From Craspedostauros australis (Eukaryota), in the NCBI GenBank assembly GCA_030167865.1, contig JALAGF010003692.1, positions 1-64,000 of the forward strand: a stretch of DNA of 64,000 nt, in the 5' to 3' direction. Within the stretch, counting starts at the first letter, position 1. Every line of letters starts with the position of its first letter. The notes under the pieces were generated by a model, which was not told the origin of the DNA, did not search any database, and worked only from the letters and a program-made list of their open reading frames with translations. The position numbers were made by a program, and so were the translations under genes. Positions 1 through 11,683 of this stretch are shown here, piece by piece.

Positions 1-150
1 CTCTGTGACGCCAAGAGAGGATCGCTGAGCACCCGCTTGGTTATTGCTCTCACAAATCAGATTCCTGACAATCAGAAAGCACAGCCACAAACACACAAGT
101 ATTTCGAACAACAAACGTCAAAGCGAAAAAACAAAACCACTTTCATCACC

Positions 151-2578
151 ATGTCTCGCAGCAACACCCACACCGACAGCGGCAACATCGAAGCCGAGAT
201 CGTGGATGGCATGGAATCAGGCATCAACAACAAGAGCGCGAAGGCCTCCTCTGTGGGAACCATCGACTCTGACGAAAGCTCCGGATCAGCCCTCGTGTTC
301 GACAACATCAACTTCACCGTGGGTTCGGGCGACAACGAGAAGAAGATCCTCCACAACATCTCCGGTAAGGTCAAGGAGGGCCATGTCTTGGCCATTTTGG
401 GACCATCCGGTGCGGGCAAGACCACCCTCATTTCCGTCTTGACCATGGATGCTCACCATGGCACAGCAAATGGCGAAATCAGCTTGAACGGCATGACCAT
501 GACGGGCAAGGCCTTCAAGAAGCACTGCTTCGTTGTCAAGCAGCAGGACATGCACTGGCCGTACCTCACCACTCGCGAAACCTTGAAGTACGCCGCTGGT
601 CTGTACCATGTGGCAGACACGTCGCATGGGGTCGATACGGCTGTCGATGAGGTGTTGAACAAGATGGGATTGGTGATCTGCGCTGATACCAGATGCTCCA
701 GCCTCTCCGGTGGGCAAAAGCGCCGCTTGAGCATCGCCGTGGCATTGCTGAAGCAGCCAAAGGTATTGTTCTTGGATGAGGTAAGTGCACATATTTGTAT
801 AGTGCACAGCGCACACGCCCGCACGCACACGGTTCATGACATACCATGCACATCGCACATGTTCGCACAAACGCTCTGTCGGGATTGTCGAAGAATCCCA
901 GAGCATGCACGATCCAATGTGCACCCTCAATCGAATCAAATCAATTCAAACTCGAACCCATCTGGCAGGTTTGCTCACCCTTTCTTCCTCTCTCTCTCTC
1001 TCTCTATTTCTTGATGTGCACGCATGTTCCTGGTCTGTATCCAACACTTGCCTACTCTCTGTACTTTTACCATACTCTATGTGGCTTCCTTGTGACCATG
1101 ACAGCCAACATCCGGCCTTGACGCAGCATCCGCATCCAGCGTGATGGAAGAGATCGGCCGTGTTGCCAAGGACGAGCATCTGATCATCATTTGCACCATC
1201 CACCAGCCGTCCACCAAGGTGTACAACTCCTTCGACCAAGTCATGATCCTCACCCGCGGCATGGAGGCCTTCTCCGGAAACACCGAGGATGCCTTGGCAT
1301 TCTTCGACTCGATCGGGTATCCGCTGCCGGCCAACACCAACCCGGCAGAGCATTACCTCGACTTGGTGAACAGCGACTTCACCAGCGAAACACAGGTCAA
1401 CGAGATCTTGATGCATTGGTACAGGATGAAGCCAGCTATCGCCGGGATCAACGGCAACGCCACCATGAAGCACAAATCCAGCATCGACATGGAGGGCAGC
1501 TACGTCAACGCGCCCATCCTCAGTCAGATGTCGATCATGTTCCATCGCCATCGGACGTTGATCATCCGCGACCCCATCTTGTACCTCGGTCGCGCCGTTC
1601 TCATCGCCGTCGCGACCTTGGTCTTCGCGTTTGTGTACTGGGAGGCCAGAAACCACACACTGGACAACGCGTACTCCAAGTTCTGGATCCAGATGTGGAT
1701 CCTCAGTGTCCCAGCGCAAAGTAAGTCGATGTGCCATTCCACGTTGCTGGGATATTCAGCTTTTTGCCATCGGCCTGCTCTATCTGCTTCTGGCCATTCG
1801 AGCGTGCGTGCGATGCCTTGCTACTCCATGGCACTTGTGCTCTCTTGAATTGCAATATCAAATCTCACCGGTCCTCCTCTGTTTTTTATCATCGTTTCCG
1901 TTCCCAATTCGGCACCTTCGGATCGACGCATCGCATCGCATGAGAACAGTGGCTGTCGTGGCTGTCTACGCGTTGTTCGACGAGTTCCACTCAATCCAGC
2001 GCGAAGTCCAGAACGGAATGATCCAACCATGGTCCTACATTCTGGCCAAGTTTGTCCTCGTCATCCCGGTGCTCTTCATGTTCACCATGATTGCCCTGCT
2101 CATTCCGAGCTTCGTCATCCAGGACGTCCCGTGGGAGTCTTTCGGCGAATGCGTTGCCATCTACATGGCGACCATGTTCGTCTTCGAGTCCGTCGCCGAA
2201 GTTCTGTCTGTCGCCTTCAGCAACGTCATCGTCGGCATGCTGGCCTTCATCTGCTTTTGGTTCGATTCCTTCCTGTTCGGAGGCTTCCTGATCGGCGAGG
2301 AGGATCTGTACTGGCCATTGAAGCTGTTCTACTACATCTTCCCATTCACCTACTTCCAGCCAAGCACCGTGTACGTTACATTCCAGGACACCGACTGGGA
2401 GGATACCACAGCATCTGAGGCTCTTGCCGTCCTGCACGGCGCCTTCCCCGTGGTCAAGAACTCTGACCGTGTCTGGGAGCATGTTGGCACCCTCATCGGC
2501 ATCGGCATGATCTATAAGCTCATGTACGTCGGGTTGGTTGTCATCAGAACCCGCAGCGTTTCCAAGATCGAGAAGTAA
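151..2578 (+). CDS. ABCG-family (White-like) half ABC transporter, NBD-TMD order, 3 exons, ~624 aa
   Basis: Exons 151-780, 1105-1720, 1950-2578 with GTAAGT...AG introns. The joins restore Walker B/D-loop LFLDE|PTSGLD and PAQ|MAVVAVY. Walker A GPSGAGKTT, signature LSGGQKRR and H-loop TIHQP are present, followed by a multi-pass hydrophobic C-terminal half. Confidence 0.93.
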
Positions 2579-3091
2579 GCGCGGGAACGGTGCGGTTCTC
2601 TCGCACCTCCAAGCTTGTCACCGTACTCGCGCTCGTAGGTATGCGTACGAGTACGCCCAAGCGGAGAGGCCAATCGCAATCGCAATTCACACGGCCCCTT
2701 TCCAACCGAAGCGCGACGACTGTCGCCTTCATCTTGCATGTTCCGTTGACGATGACAGACCCAGTGAGGGTTTGGTGAGGCAATCGGCTACTCGTGTGAT
2801 GGCAGATCATTGAGCAGACCCAAGCCAACCCAACAATCCCCCTCAATACTACACATATTATTCTATGTATTAAAACAAAATGTGATACAACACCCATAGT
2901 ATAATATAACAGCTCATACGATGGTAGTCCATATCGAGGAGGAGTTCCGTACGAGTATGTACGCGTACGTATGAATACACGTACATACTTCACCATTGCG
3001 TTGTCCTTCCAACACCTCACAACTCCCGATGTGCTTGAGAGGTGTTCCCATTGGTTACCGTTGTTGTTGAGCAAGTTTCTGTGATGTTACG

Positions 3092-3105
3092 TTTTGGCGC
3101 GAAAA
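3092..3105. promoter_or_regulatory. Overlapping double E2F-type site (TTTTGGCGCGAAAA)
   Basis: Matches the E2F consensus TTTSSCGC on both strands. Function is untested and there is no obvious gene start nearby. Confidence 0.3.
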
Positions 3106-5413
3106 GAGACGATGCAATCGACCTAGTCGATCAATTGACGATCGAGGTGGTCACACATTTCTCTGAGAGGCCACTTTCAAGGCTATCATGAAAAGGCCTT
3201 GTGTGTTGTCGTTGAAAAGGGCCTGTTGTGTGCGTTTGGTCTTGTTCCGCAAAACGCAGGTTAGTCACGAATCGATCACATGTTTCGTCGCGCCACAAGA
3301 CCTGATTGAGTTCGGGACTCGCGTTTCCGACTCCTCGATTCCTCTTCTTCACGATCACAAATGGGAGAAAATGGATGCGGTTGCCCCCTCGCGCGAAGAG
3401 AAGAATAACCAGTCAATCAGGCAAACAGCTCGTGGCCGCACGAGGAGATTAAACATGAGACCCGCCAGCATCTCTCTCAATGGTTGACTTGACGTGCCAT
3501 ACTCATGCAGCGTGAGGGGAATGCAACTCGAGGAGGAGTCTCGCCGTGCGTGTACTGTATGGTACGGTAATGCTGATAAATGTATTTAAATCCTCGAAGG
3601 TGGGTAGGAGCATCGAGGAATGGTGTATGCTCCGCCGTCACCTTGAGGGGCTCATAAACGGAGAATCGAAACTAATGAAGATGGATGCCAAGTGGTTGTG
3701 CCGATAACGTGAGAGGCAAAGAGTCCGCGATGGGGGTGCTTTAGGTATGTGAATGTATAGGACACATATATTATATTCTATTAGATTGTCGTGTTCAATA
3801 GTATTTTATTATATGTAGATGTGTGTTGCGCACGAGCAGGAGTGCGATGTGTGGTAGGAGGGGAGCACAGTGCCGTCCGGTTCGATCAAGCCGCCTCCCT
3901 TGTTTGCTTGCCTTTTGCTTTCTTCCTTCATGTACGATCTATCTTCATGGATTCGGACATCGCCGTGCGCTGATGTTCAGTCCACCGCCGCGAACTGTGA
4001 GGAAAGTGTGCGACAACTGTGCTACAACTGTGTTACAACTGTGCTCGTATCATACTCTCGTACCATAGACGAAGACGATTTGATGTGAATGTCAAGTGTC
4101 GCCGTTTGTGTCCGATGGCTCGTATGAGCACGAGCATGATTGCTTGAAGCGCGCAGTACTCTCGACTGGTACTCGCATGTCCTCATTCAACCAACATGGG
4201 GTGCATACCTACGTGCTCGCACCACAGCTCGTACAAGCATCATGCGTGTAGAGTTGATGAGATCATGATGTGAGGTGACGTGCCATGGCGCGAGTCGACT
4301 CCGCTTGGTGATGATGCACAGCCACAAAAGTTGCCTGCAACAATGCCGACATCGCCGCCAAGAGTGATGGAAGAGCACGTGAGGTGAACAGAGAGAACAA
4401 GAGGAACACGTACGACTAGGCGCAACGAACAATGGTCTCCGAATCTACCATCCTTCCGAAACCACACGGATTCAACACAAGGCTAACTCTGCGGATTGAT
4501 CGGAATGTTGTCATCAACTATCGCGCCATGATCGTACTTATGGCAAACAGCAAGGGCAAGCTTCTTCGTCTCTTGTCTCTCCATTTCTTCGCATACTATA
4601 CGAACTACCATGATGCTGTCTCTGATGGCAGATTGATGTGGCGATGTGTGCCGGGCTTGTTGGATTTGCGCAAGGGAAGAACAAGGTCCCGACGGAGGAT
4701 TTGCTCATCAGCGACGTACGCGTACAGCAGAGCATCTGAAAAGATGAGAGTGGATGCCGTCGCTACAGAAAGAGTGTTGGTTTTGAAATAGAAGATAGCC
4801 TAATGGTTGTGATAGCACTAGCAGGAAAGTACCTTACTGTTTCATTGCTTTGGATTCGTGTGGTACGAGTATGTACAAAGAATTGTTTGATGTTCGTGAA
4901 GGCGTGCCGTCGGTTGTGCATTGCACCACGCTGTACTGCGCGGTGCAGCACATGGCAACACGTCCTTCTCTTTCATCCATCCTGGGGGTTGACATTGTGT
5001 GGATTGCAATCACGGGGGGAGTGATCGATCCTGTCTTAGAGCCTTAAGTCGGCGGGAGTTGTTGTGCAGGGAAGCGTGCGTGTCCACATGTTGGGGAGAC
5101 GCAGGCTTGACGTGCACGTGTTGATGGATGAGGAAGGAAGGAAGGGAGTGCCTCCTTGATTCAGTTCTGGGTGATACCAAGGACAGCAGCTGGTTCAGCC
5201 ACTGGCTTGTGTATATGTTTGTGTGTGTGTTCGTGTGCAACCGTGGTGGTGGCACATGGTTGTTGTGTTTGTTGGATTGTTGGAGTTTGCGCATGTGGGG
5301 GATGGTGTTGCCGTCGCCGTTGTCGCACTGACAAGGGCGGGCGCTGGTGTTTGTTGTTTGGGGGTGATGGTGGTGCTGGGAATGTTGTGTAAGCTAGGTT
5401 CATTCTGTAGCGT

Positions 5414-6574
5414 TTAGAAGAAATCGCCGAGGACGTCGTCCACGGTGTCAGCTGCTTGTGCCCATTCGATCTCGGCTTCGTCGTTGACTCGTTTGGGTGC
5501 AGTTGGGGCCTGGAAGGCCAGGTCGTCCGTCGGTATCAGAGCGTTCTGTCCGAGGAGCGGCCGGGTGGCTCGGTGAAGGGAGCTGTGGTGATGGAGGTTG
5601 TTGTTGGTGTCGTTGGAGGGGAGGCGTGGCTCCTCGAATGGCTCGTCGAGATCCACGAACCATCCGAAGGAGTCCTTGGGTTCCTCAGCGGCAGCGCTTG
5701 TTGCGTTGGCAACGGCAGCGGCCACGCTGGTGATGGAAGATCGTGCGCGGAGGGACCCGGTGGCCAGACGGGTTTGGGAGTAGGATGACTCGCTGACCGT
5801 GGCCGGGAGGTTGGGGAAGGCGATCTCCACGATGTCGATGGATGTCTTGGGCTTGGTGAAGGCATCGGAGGAGGAAGATGAGGACTGTGCGGCCTGATCT
5901 TGCATGGCGGTCTCGGCGGAGTCGGAGGAGGCGCTGGAGACGCACTGTAGCTGGTAGGCCAAGGAGCTCTGTCGCTGGAGGGTGCCCTGCGCTTTGCCGC
6001 TGCTGTCGCTGGCGATGCCAGGTGCTGGCGCCACGGAGGAGGCCGACTGCAGCTGTGGCAGTGGCTGCTCGCACAGCATCTGGAGATTCCTGGTGGACTG
6101 TCTGGCGTTGATGGAGGATCGCATGTGGAGGCCGAGGCAGCGCTTCCGTCTCTTGGAGGTGTCGGCGGTTGGCGTGACGGTGCCCACCTCGACTGTGCCA
6201 GCAGCAGTCGTTGCTGCTGGCGATCCAGCTGCGTCCAGGGAGGAGGCCGTGGAGGGCGAGATGAGATCGCAGGATCTCTTGTGGGTGTGCGTGGGGGAGG
6301 CGTCGCCGGGGTGGGTGGAGATGCGCAGCTCCGACAGCACGTTGGCCTTGGCCACATCGGCGAACAGCCCTGACAGGAAGTCTGAGTTGTACGACGCCAG
6401 GTTCATGCCGTTGTTGCTGCCGTTGCTGGCATCATCGCGGAAGGATCTCTTGCGCAGCGAGAAGCGTGGTGCTGCCGAGTGCGAGAGGTGGCTTGTGCGT
6501 GGTGACGAGGACGAGGATCCATGCGCCGGTTCGTGGTTGGCGCTGTTGTCGGTGCTGTTCATGTACATCTTCAT
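5414..6574 (-). CDS. Hypothetical Ser/Ala-rich, largely disordered protein (386 aa) with short motif islands
   Basis: Single ATG-initiated ORF with C/G-ending codon bias like the neighbouring genes. Motif-like islands include SDFLSGLFADVA, AFPNLPATVS, SFGWFVDLD and C-terminal EWAQAADTVDDVLGDFF. No family recognised. Confidence 0.8.
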   Translation of the reverse strand: MKMYMNSTDNSANHEPAHGSSSSSPRTSHLSHSAAPRFSLRKRSFRDDASNGSNNGMNLASYNSDFLSGLFADVAKANVLSELRISTHPGDASPTHTHKRSCDLISPSTASSLDAAGSPAATTAAGTVEVGTVTPTADTSKRRKRCLGLHMRSSINARQSTRNLQMLCEQPLPQLQSASSVAPAPGIASDSSGKAQGTLQRQSSLAYQLQCVSSASSDSAETAMQDQAAQSSSSSSDAFTKPKTSIDIVEIAFPNLPATVSESSYSQTRLATGSLRARSSITSVAAAVANATSAAAEEPKDSFGWFVDLDEPFEEPRLPSNDTNNNLHHHSSLHRATRPLLGQNALIPTDDLAFQAPTAPKRVNDEAEIEWAQAADTVDDVLGDFF

Positions 6575-8567
6575 TGTGTTTGTTGTTGACGTTGTTGTTG
6601 TTGTTGTGGTTGTGGTTGTTGACGTTGTATGTAACTGTTGTTATGTAACTGTTGTATGTAGCTGTGTTGTATGCAGTTGTAGCGATTTATGAAGAGGGTG
6701 CGGAGCTTCGGGCAGTGGCAGTTGACACACTTTTTCTCTCGGTTGCTTTTTGTGCTTGCGTGGCGGAAAGGCTGCGGAACTGGCTGGGGTGCTTGGCTCT
6801 GCTGTTGGGCCGAGATGGGTTGAGATGTGTTGTTTACGACCACGAGTTGGAGGTGTTCGTAAAGTGCGGTCGGTTTGATGTTGGGTTGGTTGGTTGGTTG
6901 GTTGGATTGTTACGAACAGGACAAGCAAGACAAGCAAAGCGCTCTCGATGGTGATGATGCGGTTGGTGACGATGTGGATTGTGGCAACGAGAGAGGAATG
7001 GATCGATGGATCTGCTGAGGATGGTGGGCAGTTGGTCTCTTGCGTATCCTTGCTGTGGTGATGCAGCTGCTTTGCTTTGCTTGTGAGTGTCTGTGACGCG
7101 TCTTCCGATAGTGGAGGAAAGGCGCACTTGGCTCGCAACGTTGCTGGTTGGTTTTGCGCGAAAATCGTCGCTGAGGTTCCTCCCGTGCTACTTCGCGATA
7201 GTCATCTCCGGTCTGGTTGTGCCCAACCGGCTCCCGTTGTGTCTATCACGTACTTTCTCGTATCGCACGATACACCGCAGCAGATGGTTTGTTTGTCGAT
7301 GCGATCTTCTTGCCCTCGTACGTGCGTGCGTACCTGTTCTGAATCCACAACAACAAAGCGCAGTACCGTAGACTACGAGCCGCAGCAGCTGTACCAATAA
7401 AATCGCGCACGCTGGCGAGTATCCTTGTCGACACCCACCCACTTTGCCGCTGTTGTTCGTGGGAACACCAACGCATGCAGGTAGCGAACGGCGACGATGT
7501 GCAGCGATGGAATCAAACGCAACACGAACCCTTTGGAGCTTTCGTACATTCCAGTACTCACGGAAGGTCCGCGAGAACTGCACGCAGTTGTGGCGTATTT
7601 GAGTGATGTGATTGGCCACACTGTGGCCACGTCAACTCGAAAAACATAGCCGTATCCAAGAACAACAACGTCACCGACTTTTCAACAACCAAAGATGTTC
7701 CTCCGCACCACAAATGCACCCCATCTCCACGCAACGGGACCCAATGGTTGAATGGCACTTAACATCACGAAAAAATGTTAAGTGGCCTGCATTTGGTGTC
7801 CACAAGGAAAGCATTCTAATTGGATCCCCGTCGCTTACATCAAGGGGGCGGCCATCTGCATCTTCGGTGGACTGGAAGCTTTTGGTTGGGTGATGTGGAG
7901 GAAACGAATGGTTGCCAAACGGCGCCGTCTTTGCGAGGCTCCATCGTCCAATGGGAAAGCTCTCATGAGGTGATGTGTAGCACTTCAGTTGGCTACGTTC
8001 CGCGTTTTGTCCCTGTGATCGCCTTCGTTTGGAGCGATGAGGCGGTGCGTCGGTCGATGTGGGGGAGAGGAGCAGCTGCTCGGATTTGATTTGATTGGGA
8101 TGACGTTTCCTCCTTGCTTTTTCGCCATTTGCCTTCACCTTTCCTGTTTGCGCCCTTGTGTGTTCGTGTGCACGCAGGTGTTGGTGTGATTGGGTGAGTA
8201 TCATCGTGATCGTTGTTGAAGTGCTGGTTGTTCCGGGTTGGATTGGGTTAGGTTGGGTTGACTCAAGTTTTGTGGCAATAGGAGCAGAAAGACAGAGAGA
8301 GGACTCGTTCCAGTGCCTTCACTTTCCTCAGATGTCATGCGAGTGCATCTTCCCCTCTCCTTCTCCCATCCACTCTTGTCGTCCACACACACACGGGCAG
8401 TTTGATCCCTGCGCCACTCACAACCTTTGTGCCATCTACGATAGCTCGTAGAGATCGTACAATTGTATTACTTTACAACATCAGAAGGAGATATGATTGC
8501 GAACATCATGCGTGGTGGTGTCGATGAAAACGCAAACGCACATGCGAGTCCCAGCACGACCAAGAAC

Positions 8568-8607
<40 letters not shown>

Positions 8608-10089
8608 GTGGAGAGGACAGCACGGAAGACCATGTCCGTGGTGCTCACCCATGTTTTTCGTTTGTTTCATGGTTGATGCGTGCGCGTGTTCGGAATCATC
8701 AGACCATGCACAGAACGGAGCTCTGCCAGTCGATCATCATTGTCGCAATACGTCCTCGCGCTCGTACTCGTACGTGACACTTGGATGAGCTTGCGGAGGT
8801 GGATCACAGTGAAGCATAGTGCTATAATAGATCGGATTCTGTGCGCTTGTGATCTGCATGTGAACCATGGATGGCTTCGTGCCCGTGCACTGTACAATGG
8901 TAACATGTACATCAGCAATCTGATTCAATGTCCACGGACAATACTGCGCAACAAAGGAAGATTCATTGAGCTCATCGTCCGTACGTGTGACACAATGCGT
9001 ACTCTCGGTCGTACTCACCGCACATACTCAGAGGTTTTCGATCATCCTCCACGTGATCAAAATTGCAAATACAGCCATGGTGCCCCCGCCACGCGCGCAC
9101 TCGTGCACAGCGACAAGGCGCACAGGAACTCTTCGCGCACATTTGGACTTTATTCCACAATTCCATTCTCCTTGCTCTCACCTCTTTGTTTTGCTGGAAA
9201 CATGCAAAATGCTCCTGATGCGTAGGATGGGGATGGAGGCAACGCAGGCACCGATTGAATGCATCATTCAATTCAATGCATGGTTGACAAAGCAGATACT
9301 GTTCGTTCGCGTATTTGTCGTGTGGCATGGCATGGCAAGAGTACAGATACGGAGCCGCCGCGAACAACAACGAAACTGATGGGCCAAGCGCAGCACAGCA
9401 CAGTACAGTGCGACACAAGAGTATCTTTTTTTGTGCTTCGTGGCGCGCGCACAAGCGCGAGGTTTGCTGTGGGCGTACCCTTTCGTGTGCTTCGATGTGT
9501 GTGGCCGGCACGCTTGTGTCTCGAGACGTGAAATGGAATCAAATCATTGGCCAATCACTGTCGCATCATACATGTGTGTCAAATGTACTTAACGACTTGT
9601 GACGGTTACTTCATTTCGGTAAATTGGCGATGACAACTCCCACAATTGTTTCTTCTTTCTTTGGCAGTTGACATCGACGAGGGGCGTGGAACTACGCAAG
9701 ATTGGGCATCATCGCCAGAATCCAACCTGCGAAAAACCTCCCTTTCGCCACATCTCCACGCAGAAACACAAGCAATCGAACAAACAACGACACCTCAACA
9801 CCACCAGACGATTCATCTCCGATGCAAGCACCTGCAAAGCAACCTCAAGGTGCCACAAGTTGGAAACTCCGCAACTACCCGATTCTATTCAAACTTTCAA
9901 AACAGCAACTCCTTCAAACCCAACTTTTCTTGAGCACCCCACATCAACGATAGACAATCAAGTCCACCATTCAGCATTTTAAGCAGCGCAGATAGCCACT
10001 CGTCTCCGACAACACAAGCCGACGCCGCGACATCCTCCGCACCTTACACTGCACTGCACTGCACTACACCAAACCACACCACACCAAAG

Positions 10090-10123
10090 CTGACATCACG
10101 CCTGACATCACGCCTGACATCAC
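10090..10123 (+). repeat. 12-bp tandem repeat (CTGACATCACGC x~3) just upstream of the ATG at 10175
   Basis: Directly visible: ctgacatcacgc ctgacatcacgc ctgacatcac. Confidence 0.85.
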
Positions 10124-10174
10124 ACTGAACAATACTGCAACGCATACTCGCAAACACAGACAGACACATACACA

Positions 10175-11683
10175 ATGGTCGCTGACACTCTGCACCGCGT
10201 ACTCCATGATGCGATGGACAACGACCACCCGCACGGCATGGGATCCCCTCTCGTTTCCAAGAGGGAATCAGGTCGCTTCCACCCACGTGACGATGAGGTC
10301 TCATTCGAGAACAACGAGAATGCCGAGAATGGCATGCCCGAGAAGCAGGGACCAATGAGCAAGAAGCCGAAGAACGCAAGAACATCATTCTCGCGATACC
10401 AACAATCGCAGTTCACGGCATCTTCACCATCTCGAACCAGCAGCGGCGGCGGCAGCGGCGACATTGAGAGCAAAGAGAAGCAGACATTGCGCACACCGCA
10501 ATCGGCACGTTCACAACAGCGCAAGGACATCATGTCTTCATCCGCAAGCAAACTCCTCCAACGCATGGTCGACCGCAGCGGGGCCACTGAATCAGGAGCC
10601 AAGAAGTACTTCACCCCCCTCCGCGTCAAGCCCAAGATCAAGAAGGAAGACGTGGAGGCGACGGACAGCGGCTACGCCTCCGTCAAGAAGCTCTCCCAGT
10701 GGCTCGCCGACGACCCAACCTCCACGAAGAAGCTGCGTCACGTCCGCAGAGGACGCAACGTGATCGCCAAGTCCCGTCAGTTCGAGAAGGACCTCGAGGG
10801 AGTCGTCATCGAAGAGGCCAACATCTCGAAGGGCGCCGTCACGGGCAGAAAGGACTGGCTCAAGAACGCCTTCAAGGACGGAGATGCCGACGCCAATCCA
10901 TTCGGCCTGCGATCTGTGCCGGGCGCCAAGCGATACGCCCAGAGCGAGATCGGCGTCCCGACGTTCTCCGCCAGAGCAAGCGGCCGTGATGACGACGAAG
11001 CGCGCAGCGAGATCGTCCTCGATGATACCTCCTCCACCCTCTCCGTTTCGGACAAGAAGGATTGGCTCAAGAATGCCTTCGCGAAGAAGGCGTCCGCGGC
11101 ATCTGCCGTCATCCCCGCTCCCATGAAGGCCCACAGCGACGTGCTCGATCTGCGCGGTGCAAACCGCGAGGATGCCAAGATGCGCGCGAAGAGCCGCTTC
11201 CGCGAGCGATCCGCCCGCAACCTCATGCTGGCCGCGCAGAAGAGGGAGCGCCATGCCGCCGACGCTGCAGCCTCGACGGTGACTACCCCGGTCAAGCGAG
11301 GTCTCCTCCCTCCACCGTCGGGTCGCAGATACGCACCAAGCCCACGTGCGATGCCCGCCAGCCTCGCTGGTGCCTCCTCCCCGCATGCTCATACTGAGCA
11401 TGTCAGTGGCATGCCGAGAAGATCTCGTCCACGCCATCACGAGGCGGAGACGCGCACTGGGCCACCATCGTCCTCCTCCGCGCAGCCAGCAGCGCCATTC
11501 CGCAAGGACTACGTCGTCGATGAGGACAAGTCGTCCGTCGACTTCAGGGCGGCACGTGAGCTGCTGGTGAAGAGAAGCCAGAAGAATGGCAACGACGTCT
11601 CCGTCTGCAAGAAGGCCGCTGCTTCCACCAACGCAGGAAACACCAGCGAGGATGAACGCCATGACACTGAGGCGACGGCCTAG
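10175..11683 (+). CDS. Hypothetical basic protein (502 aa) with internal KDWLKNAF repeats
   Basis: Long ATG ORF with strong codon bias. Repeated GRKDWLKNAF / DKKDWLKNAF and the related SVKKLSQWL. No family recognised, and the true 3' end could be spliced differently. Confidence 0.8.
   Translation: MVADTLHRVLHDAMDNDHPHGMGSPLVSKRESGRFHPRDDEVSFENNENAENGMPEKQGPMSKKPKNARTSFSRYQQSQFTASSPSRTSSGGGSGDIESKEKQTLRTPQSARSQQRKDIMSSSASKLLQRMVDRSGATESGAKKYFTPLRVKPKIKKEDVEATDSGYASVKKLSQWLADDPTSTKKLRHVRRGRNVIAKSRQFEKDLEGVVIEEANISKGAVTGRKDWLKNAFKDGDADANPFGLRSVPGAKRYAQSEIGVPTFSARASGRDDDEARSEIVLDDTSSTLSVSDKKDWLKNAFAKKASAASAVIPAPMKAHSDVLDLRGANREDAKMRAKSRFRERSARNLMLAAQKRERHAADAAASTVTTPVKRGLLPPPSGRRYAPSPRAMPASLAGASSPHAHTEHVSGMPRRSRPRHHEAETRTGPPSSSSAQPAAPFRKDYVVDEDKSSVDFRAARELLVKRSQKNGNDVSVCKKAAASTNAGNTSEDERHDTEATA

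Noticed and set aside
781-1014. In-frame ORF extensions past splice donors or before acceptors (e.g. 781-1014, 14155-14453, 18748-18913, 41488-41709, 63006-63256)
   Set aside because: Canonical GT-AG sites restore conserved motifs when these segments are removed, so they are treated as intron read-through rather than coding sequence.
8570-8606. (ACGATG)n repeat and other microsatellites (e.g. CAA at ~15558-15587, CATC at ~31522-31553, CT/GA runs)
   Set aside because: These are ordinary simple-sequence repeats. They have no spacer-repeat structure and are not CRISPR or telomeric.
10592-11662. 356-aa antisense ORF, and similar ones such as 53592-54632, 5536-6357 and 25679-26389
   Set aside because: They overlap better-supported genes and have the composition expected of reverse or alternative frames.
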